Below are positions 27,330-36,010 of a stretch of DNA of 64,000 nt, one piece after another. Source of the DNA: Rhina ancylostomus (Eukaryota); the NCBI GenBank assembly GCA_030265395.1, contig JARFYF010000029.1, positions 22,247,453 through 22,311,452 on the forward strand, written 5' to 3'. Below the pieces are notes generated by a model. It did not search any database, was not told the origin of the DNA, and worked only from the letters and a program-made list of their open reading frames with translations. Within the stretch, counting starts at the first letter, position 1. Every line of letters starts with the position of its first letter. The position numbers and the translations under genes were made by a program.

Positions 27330-28612
27330 CATGTGTTTAAAAGACAAGGCTAAAGAATTTGCAAAAAAATTTCAGCTAGGATTTCCAAGTGCCATCTTGG
27401 TCTCTTGCCAAGGACTATACCAGTAACAAAGTTGTCCTCACTTAATTCAGTTTACTTCCCATGATATCAAGAAATGGCTGATTGGGTTGTATGCAGCAAA
27501 GGCTACAAGTCATGATGCTACCATGACTGTGGTATTCAAGGTATGTGCTCCTGAACCAGTTGTATATCTAGCCAAGCAATTCCTGTACAGTTATAAATCA
27601 AACAAAGCATGAAATTTGTCTAATCATAAAAAGCAAGATAATCAGAATCAGGTTTATTATCATTGATAGATGTCATGAAATTTGTTGTTTTGCAGTTCAA
27701 TCCACTCAATTATTGACAACTCACAATTATTGCAAAGGGGTGACAGGTGTCAAGTAACATTTATTACCCTATAATTTTCTCACTCATACTTGGTTTGGGT
27801 TCCAGCAGAACCACTTAGCTCTCAGTCTTGATCTGAATAAGAAATGAATTTCAAAAGTAAATGTAGAATGATTGCCCTTGATATTATGGCAGCAATTGAC
27901 TAAGTGTCTTATTAAGGAGTCTTAGTACAATTGAACTCAATTTGAATCAAACAGAAAACTCTCACCTTTTTTTCCTGGTATGAAGGAAGATGATTACAGT
28001 TGATGGGGGAAAATCATTTCAACTTCTGACATTGCTGTATCAGGTTCTCAGGACTTTTACTAGACCCAACGACCTTTTGGTACTTCATCAAGGGACTTTT
28101 ATCCTTCATAATGTCAGAAATGGGGATGCTAGCTAATAAATGAACTATGTTTGATTTCTTTTTAAACTTCTTGGGATAATGAAGCATTTCATGTCTGCAG
28201 CAGCAACACCTGGAAAGCATTCAGGCTTGGCTGCTAAATTACAAAAAAAGTCATTCGCAGCATGCAAGTGCCAGGTATTGATCAATTCCAAGAAGGAAGA
28301 GTCTAACCATCATCCTTTGGGATCTAACCACAATATCATGATCTGTTCTCCCACCGTAAACATCCTGATGGCTATCACTGACCAGAAAACCAATGGAAAT
28401 ATTTTGGCTATGAAATCAAGTCAGAAATTAGGTATTCTATCATGAGTGGTTCATTTTTTCAGACTCCTGCTCTGAGGTGGGAATATATCCTCATTCTTTT
28501 ACATTTGTCAGATGGACTACAGATATTCAAGAAGGTAGCTGACCACAATCTTTTGGAGAACATTTAGGGAGTGATGATAAATGCTGCCCTACAGTAATGT
28601 CCACATTCTGTA
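27330..28612 (+). mobile_element. CR1/L2-group LINE, decayed RT region (same family, + strand)
   Basis: KDKAKEFA, AKA-x-S-x-D (KAxGPD-like), CAPE, FGF, ALDIMAAID (ALDIKAAFD-like) and MLAN (FADD-like); 3' end ATAAATGCTG..AATGTCCACATTC. Confidence 0.7.
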
Positions 28613-28789
28613 ACTATTATAAAGTGAAAATGATTTCCATCACTTCCTGTACTTGTAATTCTTTTGTCCAAAAAAGTACAATGCCTTTAGTGCCACTTAC
28701 TACTTATTGTGCATTCAGTGTGGTAACTATTGTCTGTATGTGGCAGTATAACATTATACAAACAATATGAATGGCAGAGTATTAGTTAA

Positions 28790-29040
28790 ATAGTGATAGA
28801 TTGGGAAATGATGATCTACAAATGACCTGGTGAAAACAAATGGGCAGGCACAGCAGCAAGCAGTTAGGAAGGCAAATAGTATGTTGGCCTTCATCTCAAG
28901 AGGTTCTGAATACAGGACAATACATGTACTGAATACATGTTTTTCTACAAGTGCACAGAACCTTTGTGAGGTGTGTTCAATTTTGGCCTTCTTCCTTAAG
29001 GGGGGATGTATTTGCATAGAGGGATGCAGGACTGTAATAT
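28790..29040 (+). mobile_element. CR1 fragment
   Basis: QQAVRKANSMLAFISRGSEYR. Confidence 0.75.
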
Positions 29041-31299
29041 AAGGAGAGATTGTGTCCACTAACCTATATAACTGTGAAGTCCAGCATGACTGACCATTAT
29101 CAATACTTAACCTGGACCACTAGTGTGTATTTGTGAGCAAGGTAAATGGATCCACTTCAAGAGGAGGAACCCAAGATGATCTTACTCTCCCCCACCTGGA
29201 AATGTTAAGTACTGCATCCAAAAGCTGTCCTGTCAAGGACTGACTTGCTGAATATTTGGGCCTGCGTGACTTACCATTTCACTGAGTGCTGCTTACACCC
29301 ACTGCACTGGTGTCATCTAATTGGAAGATTTAAAAAAAACCACTCTCTCATCTAACATTCTGTGGTGGAGAAGTTAAGTTCAGTAATGACCAATAAGTTT
29401 TACAATATCAGATTTGCATCAATAGAGTATTAAATTAGATCAAAACTCGAGAATAGACAGATTATTTTGAAACATGACTACAGAAATGAGATTGTATACA
29501 TCATTTAATATAACTATTCAGGTACAGTAAAACTGATATTTTACTGCGTTGCAATTAAGTCTGAATAGCCTTCCGCGGAGAAACAGGGCGGTTATATGCA
29601 TGGTTCCGGCTGGCTGTTTGACATTGCCTCATTTTCTTCGGCTCTTCTCCCATTCCAATCCCGGTCTGGTGGTAAGGGTTTGAAGGGAATGTATTTAAAC
29701 CAGTGAATAAATTGAATAATCCTTTTGAAGATCATTCAGTCTGCAGGGGCAATGCTGCGGCAGGATTATAAACTATTACAATTTTTAAGAATAGCTGGCA
29801 ATGATAACAGTCAAGACATCACACTGGAATAAGGTTGGGACTTTAAAAAAGCGCGTCTGTGATTCAGCAGGAGAAAACAGCCAATAATTATAATTGTTAC
29901 CCCTAATGAGGTAGTTGAGAAGGTGAAGTGCATTTACATTCATTGCAAGAACCTTGGAAAAAATGTAGCCCTACAAAATCAAAGTGTTATTTACATTGTA
30001 TCTGTCTTGTAATGTTACGCTACAAATTATCCTATAATTTTATCAAGTAATCATTCCTTCCGATGATCAGTGCTGTTACCCCTTCATAATCGGATGAGAA
30101 AACTGCCTGACGTGTTTTAAAAATGTACTGAAGGCTTACCTCTAAATCACACCAGGCAAAAATGTTTAAATCACTCATAAAATAGTTTCTGTATCAATTA
30201 CTTTTTAGATTTTAGTTTCCTACCTGCCCTGACGACGCATATATTTCGTTCTTTGCTCATCATGAGTAACCATGGTTCAATTAACGCGTAAACAGTGGAA
30301 TTCATCCACAATTCGTTTTTTTTTGTTGCAATACCAATACACAGCACGTTGAAATCAGAGAATTTCCATGCGCACAGTACGGAAGTTTTTTTAAGTACCG
30401 AGATTAATATTGAGGCACGAAATGCAATTCCCTGTTTCGAATACTGGTCTTAAATGCCGCACTCTGCTGCAGCTATTAATACATACAGAAACCAGAGTAT
30501 CAAATGCTGAAAACTCAGATGCAAGGCATTTATAAAGATTCAGTTTTGCCTTGAAAACGATGCGATACGGCTGCATTTCATTTTCAAGAATTGAGCAGGT
30601 CACCTGCTGGTTCTTTTGACGTGAGACACGAACTGCCAGTTAAAATGTCTGCAATGAAAAGGTGTTAAAACTTCGCACCCAAGTTGATAGTTTTTTTGAA
30701 AGTGATGAACATTTTATCTTGTCTTCGAGTGCATCATCCCTGTTGAACAGCATTTATTCCGTTCGCCCACTCATTCACATTCGGATGAACACTCCACGAA
30801 AATAATAGAATAAGAGAAACTGATTTTTTTTGGCAAAACGTCCGTGTTTCAAGTATAAACGATCCCGTAAGAAAATTGAAGTTCGCCCTGCGTAAAAAGG
30901 AAGCGCACTTAAGCGTTTAAAAATATAACCGCCGTAATATTAACCCTTTCAGTACCTTTTGTTTTGCAATAAAACGTGCCAACACATTCTGCACGGAAAG
31001 AATCCAACTCACTGGGAAATGTCAAATTTTAGAAGTTGACAGAAATCATTTGGTGCAAGAAATGGTTATTACTTTTTTTATAGAAATCGGTTATTGATCG
31101 GGTCTTCCTACTGCGATGGTCGTACATTGGCAATTAATAGTCAATTAATTCTGGATTATATCAGAGGAATATGCATGATGAAATCTTGTCAGTTAATCTA
31201 TGTGATGCAACATGTAATAAGTAGCATTTTGTCAGGTTAGTTAGGTGGGAGATTACTAAAGGGCTGTGTTTGCTCTGGTTGTCTGGACGATGGCGCTGT

Positions 31300-31660
31300 G
31301 AGCTGACTCCTCTTTCGTAGGTTTCACGCTTCGCTAGGACTCCTCCACGGGCGCCTGCCTCTCACTCTCGCTTTGCTGGCGGGGGAAGGGTGGGGGAGTT
31401 GTGAAGAGAGTGAGAGAGCGAGAGGGAGAGACGATTGCTTGTCAATAAACAAAACGCTTTTAGATCATAGCAAGGTCGCTCCCAGCTCTGAGCAAGCTCG
31501 TTCTCTCGAGTCCCAGCCCTGCAACGAGGGCGGGACTTGGGAGGGGCCCCGTCATTTTGGCCAATTGCATCGAGCTCTCTTTTTAAAATTCCCTGTCCAT
31601 CATCCAGTTTCCTCTTCGTCAGCCTCCTTCGCCATATTGGGTAACTGAAAAAAAGCCAGT
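31300..31660 (+). promoter_or_regulatory. CDKN1B: CDKN1B promoter / transcription start region
   Basis: CpG-rich. G-tract 31378-31398, GA repeat, forkhead-like ATAAACA 31445-31451, GC box GGGCGG 31528-31533, CCAAT 31561-31565, TTTTAAAA 31581-31588, CTTCGTCAGCCTCC, and YY1-type CGCCATATT 31630-31638. The order matches the human CDKN1B promoter as I recall it. Confidence 0.8.
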
Positions 31661-31853
31661 TTTTTTCCGCCTTACTAGAGTCAGTTTTGACGAGATACGT
31701 TGTAAACGGTTGTTGTTGGCGTTTTTGTTTTGGTTCTGTGCTTTGCAGCATTCGAAAGAATTGCACGGCATTGCTAAATCGTGCAGCTTTGCATTTTTCT
31801 ACTGTCTGTTGGGTCTGGACGGTTTGCAGCGAGAGGGGGTACGAAGGGAAAAA

Positions 31854-32334
31854 ATGTCAAACGTACGCATTTCTAATGGTAGTCCTTCGCTGGAGATAAT
31901 GGCAGCTCAGCTAACAGGGCACCCAAAACCTTCTGCCTGCAGAAGCCTCTTCGGTCCAGTAGACCACGACGTGTTAAACCGGGACTTACAGAAGAAACGG
32001 AAGGAGATTCACGACCAGGACAGGGGGAGGTGGAATTACGACTTCGAGAGGGACAAGCCGCTGGATGGCAATTACAAATGGGAAGCCGTGGATCGTGAGG
32101 ATGTGCCTGATTTTTACTGGCGTCCTCTCAGGGAGCAAGTGTCATCAACGGATTGCAGTGTTGATGTGAACGGGAACCATACGATAGTTTACATAGGAAC
32201 TCTGGTTCAGGGAAATTCAGGGGACGCACATTTAGCGAACCCAGAGCAAAAGGACCCGGTTAAAGAGACAACTGAACACTTCACAGACTCAAAAGAGCAA
32301 TGCAGTAGTCCCCGAAAACGAGCTGCGTCAGTTG
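31854..32334 (+). CDS. CDKN1B: Cyclin-dependent kinase inhibitor 1B (p27Kip1), coding exon 1
   Basis: MSNVRISNGSPSLE...PKPSACRSLFGPVDH...WNYDF...YKW...PDFY (CDI domain, colinear with human residues 1-91) and NLS RKR. Phase-1 donor G|GTAAGT at 32334/32335. Confidence 0.97.
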
Positions 32335-32714
32335 GTAAGTGACAAAGATGTATTCTGTTGGAAGCTGCAGGATCCATTTTCAAACGGATCTTCTCTGACC
32401 TTTCTATACACGTACAAAAATCATCCAACCAGTGATTTTCTTGTATTTCTTACAGTCCTGCTTTAAAATCCTGCATTTCTTGGTTTGTCTTAGGTTAATC
32501 TCGAATTCCTCTATGTTTGAAAAGGGGTACTGCAATTTCAGGGGCCTTTATAGAAAGATGAAGCAAACGGGTTTTTTTTTGCTTCACCGATTCTGTTTGA
32601 TATGTGGTTGACTAATGCCAACAAGCATGGGGCAAGTCGGAACAGAAATGACCTCGAAATTTATTGACGTCCTGATTTCAAGTTTTCAATTTTTAACATT
32701 TTTTATAATTGTAG

Positions 32715-32839
32715 ATGGCATTCCAGATGCAAAAAGGTTCNNNNTGAAGACAGAGACAGACTGGTCAGCAAATTCTCCCAGTGTGGGTGCATTAGAGAAA
32801 ACGCCGAAAAAAACGATTTCTCGTGGACATCAAACATAA
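32715..32839 (+). CDS. CDKN1B: p27Kip1 coding exon 2 (QT domain); exon continues to the donor at 32849
   Basis: Acceptor TTGTAG|AT restores the frame: DGIPDAKRFxxKTETDWSANSPSVGALEKTPKKTISRGHQT*. TPKK degron present; 4 Ns at 32741-32744; about 201 aa in total. Donor AAG|GTAGTT lies 10 nt after the stop. Confidence 0.95.
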
Positions 32840-34586
32840 AAGCCACAAGGTAGTTTTATTTACTGCCTTTTTTCCGTGGGCAACTCCTCTCATTCCTTCT
32901 AAGACCTTGAAGTTTAAGGTATAGTATAGGCAGAATTTATGAGAACATCTTGCATTGACCAATCGGCCTTTTTGTCGCGGGTTGAGGATTTGAAATTACA
33001 CTGCATTGCAATGTCACTGGTATTTCTTTAGTTCGAAAACGACACGTATGCACAGGTGATTATTTCCAGCTGGTTTTCAAATAACAATGTGTACACGAGC
33101 GTCCTGCATAGGTATGGAAACGTCGTAGTGACATAAATTACTTTCCTACCTAATAATGTACAGCTTATTGCCAGAAAGATACTGAGGATTGACACTGAAA
33201 ATCGAGTAACACAAGGAGTGTGGAACTACAAGAACATTTGTTTGTAAGCCTAACTTCCCCTGTGAGAATAATCACATTTAAAACCTGACCCCAAAAAGTA
33301 TGATATTCGTTATCTCACCAGCCATAAAATAACACCTTGGGCAAGCGTCCAGAGAAGTATAATATCTGAAATAACTTGTGTATGTTACTTAATGTCTTTA
33401 CATTCCTTTCACAGCCCTGGTATGATTTCTGCTTTGATTGGGTAATGTGTTATAGGACTGCACTTTTAGACTAAATACACAAAGTGGTGGATGGGGTAGA
33501 TGTGGGAAGAGGGATGTGTGAGTGGGGGAAGGAAACTCTAAAGTGGCTAGCCACAGTAAACTGAATTGATGGTAGTTTAAGTGGACAAGATGCCCGCATT
33601 CAGTCCTCACTTACAACTATTGTTAAACCAGTGCGCTGAAAATAAAATCCACACATAGTGGTCAAATGTTGCAGACGTTTTTTTTTCAGTCCGTTGCAGA
33701 TAGAGCTACATGACATTTCATTCACTTGGCACTAAATTGTTTTTAAACATCTCATTTAACCAGTTACAGATGCTGAAATATTCGCAATTTGTTTCGAGTC
33801 GAATATTGTTGGGTATTTTAATTGATTGATTTCCGATCCAAAGTCTTCACTAAAAAGCTGTTGTCGCAGGTAGATGCTGCCAAATGCTACACCTTGTTTC
33901 TTTCCTCTCCAACGGCTCTACAATGAGAGCAAATCAATTTGCTTTAAAAAGGCCCTTGAACGTTATAATGTCAACTATTTTTGCTAATCCGATAATACTT
34001 ATTAATCCATTGAAATGTTACAACTCTCCAGTTAAACGTGATTTCGTGTGTTTTGCAGTAAACTTCTGCCATACTGCCCGAAGTAGCTTTCTTGTAGATC
34101 ACTTGAAGGCAGAGCAATATAACAAATAGCTAAATAGATTTTAAGTCTGAAGGGGAAACATATTATTACAGTATCCTGATGATTGGTGGGAGTNNNNNNN
34201 NNNNNTACTACTTGCGGTGTTGCTTGCTTCAGTCACCGGTTGCTTGAGCTTTTTTTTGCCAGCTGCGTCCGATATGGCTGGCTTGAAGTGAACAGCGTGG
34301 CTGTGCCAAATAGGATCTAAATAATTAAAACAATTTTAAAAATTAGATATTCTTCGTTTTAATCGATATTTGCTTTTTTTTTTGCAGATACGAAGATCCT
34401 CTTTTCCTTGTTCATCTATGGCAGTGCTTCATGAAGCGGGGATGACCTCCTCAGAGACACATATCGTTACCTCTCCCAGTGAGGAGAGCCCAAGCACTGA
34501 ACTCGAGTGAACACTAAACCGCCCATTTTAGAGTGGATATAGCGCTGTGCAATTAGGTTCTTCCTTATCACTTGGCTGATTTTTTT

Positions 34587-34617
34587 ACTACCTGTGTATA
34601 TAGGTTTTTTTGTAGCA
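34587..34617 (+). promoter_or_regulatory. 3'UTR module: miR-196 seed match (34587-34593), Pumilio element TGTATATA (34595-34602), miR-221/222 7mer-A1 site TGTAGCA (34611-34617)
   Basis: Exact motif matches; PUM1 and miR-221/222 control of p27 is established in mammals. Confidence 0.75.
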
Positions 34618-34797
34618 CATAAACCAGTTTGGTGGGGGGAAGGGGAGGAGGATGGAAACTTGTTGAAGTTCAGAGTTTAGAAAACATATGACTTGAATAG
34701 CTGCGGTGTAGTTTTCCAGTGCAGTTTCGAAACTGCCAAGCTACAATACCTGTGTATTGTATGTTTAAAAAAAATAAAAAAAAATCTAATGTACCTG

Positions 34798-34845
34798 TGT
34801 ACATAACTTTGTAAAGACACTGAGAAATTATACTAACTTATTTAT
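34798..34845 (+). promoter_or_regulatory. 3'UTR module: Pumilio element TGTACATA (34798-34805), QKI element TACTAAC (34831-34837), AU-rich TTATTTAT
   Basis: Exact motif matches within a block similar to the mammalian p27 3'UTR. Confidence 0.7.
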
Positions 34846-35104
34846 GTTATAAAGAATTGATGTTTTTTTGGATTCTAGAAGATAATTTTCAGTTAAGACA
34901 AAGTGGCATTTTTCATGTGCATTTGTAAATGCTTTAATGTAGATTTTCCCCTTCCATTTTTGCCTGTCATAATATAAGGCTATGCTTGAAAGAGAACGCG
35001 TCCTGAGCCAGACTTGTACTCTGCCTTAATATTGGTTATATTTCTCATTTTTGTTTTGTAACGTGTGAAGTGATGCTGATTTTTGTTTCGCATCATGAAA
35101 TGAA

Positions 35105-35140
35105 AATAAAGAAAAATGTACAATGTTTATGTGTGTGATT
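35105..35140 (+). terminator. CDKN1B polyadenylation signal
   Basis: AATAAA at 35105-35110 followed by a GT-rich element TGTTTATGTGTGTG. Confidence 0.8.
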
Positions 35141-35639
35141 CACAATTGGAGTGGGTGCAGCTGTTTCGCATGTTGCAAGAACTAGTCAACGTTATCTCTA
35201 CTACTGCCTCAGCTGTGATCAGGAAAGTAGCTTGGTCTGTTGAGTGATTTGAATATTTAATTCATTCAATACTTAAATAGTTGTTAACGTCCTAGCTTTT
35301 TAATAGATTTTGTCAAAGCGAACTCTGCCACGTGAAGGATTATGAAATATTTAGTATTCCACCCTTTCATAAAATTACTCTTCTCCTTCCACCCTAAAGC
35401 GATTACTTCTGATACTTAAGTGCTTTTTTTTAAAGCATAAATGCATCATCTCGGGTGTGATTTTGTAGGAAGGAGGTGGGGTGGTTTTGACAACACTTTG
35501 CCTGACAGTAGCTAACCCCCCCCCCCCCAGGGCATATAACAACCTTAGTGCCTTTGAATCACTTAAAGAATGACCTCCAGAAATATAGGGCTTTAAAAAC
35601 ATATTTAAAAAATCCTTAAAATGAGGAATAAAAGCAGAG

Positions 35640-36010
35640 AGGACGCGCGGAAGGGGCAATAATCAGCGTTAAAGTGGGTTCGAGCTGCGGGCGCGCGTCT
35701 ATGATTGACAGCTCGGCAGCTCGAGGAGAAAAAGCACGCCACGGTCATGGACCAATGAGAGCGCGCGCTGAACGGACGTCAGCGCGCGCCTCAACCCTGC
35801 CGTCCGCGCTTTCATTTCAACTTGGGGCTCCGCCCCTAGCCCGCCGTCTCATTGGCCAATGACCCGAAAGGCGAGGGGAACGGTTGGAGCAGGCCGATTT
35901 CTATTGGAGGAAAATATGCCAATCTTTATGTCACCGAGCTCTTAAGCGCGCGCGCGCACGCAGCTCGCCCAACTTTTTGAATTCATATTTAAAACGACAA
36001 TAACCGNNNT
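35640..36010. promoter_or_regulatory. CpG-island promoter downstream of CDKN1B
   Basis: Dense CpG/GCGC. TGATTGACAG (PBX-PREP/MEIS) 35702-35711; CCAAT/ATTGG at 35752, 35851, 35856, 35903 and 35919; CRE-like GGACGTCA 35774; GC box 35830; TATTTAAAA ~35986. Confidence 0.75.

Larger units (their letters stand above)
34388..35130 (+). other. CDKN1B: CDKN1B exon 3 (non-coding 3'UTR)
   Basis: Strong acceptor T10-GCAG|. Blocks TTTCCTTGTTCATC, TGCAATTAGGTT, CTACCTGTGTATATAG, GTAGCACATAAAC, GTACCTGTGTACATAAC and ATTATACTAACTTATTTATGTTA match the recalled mammalian p27 3'UTR. Confidence 0.88.

Noticed and set aside
31710-32342. 210-aa ORF taken as the full protein with a signal-peptide-like N-terminus
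   Set aside because: It starts at TTG in a U-rich 5'UTR. The conserved start is the ATG at 31854 (MSNVR), and the ORF end runs through the splice donor.
32615-32714. ATG-initiated ORF 32615-32839 as a separate gene
   Set aside because: The first 100 nt are intron 1 (polypyrimidine tract and AG); only 32715 onward is exon 2.
34587-34594. let-7 site in the p27 3'UTR
   Set aside because: The sequence is CTACCTG, not CTACCTC; it fits miR-196 (ACTACCT) instead.
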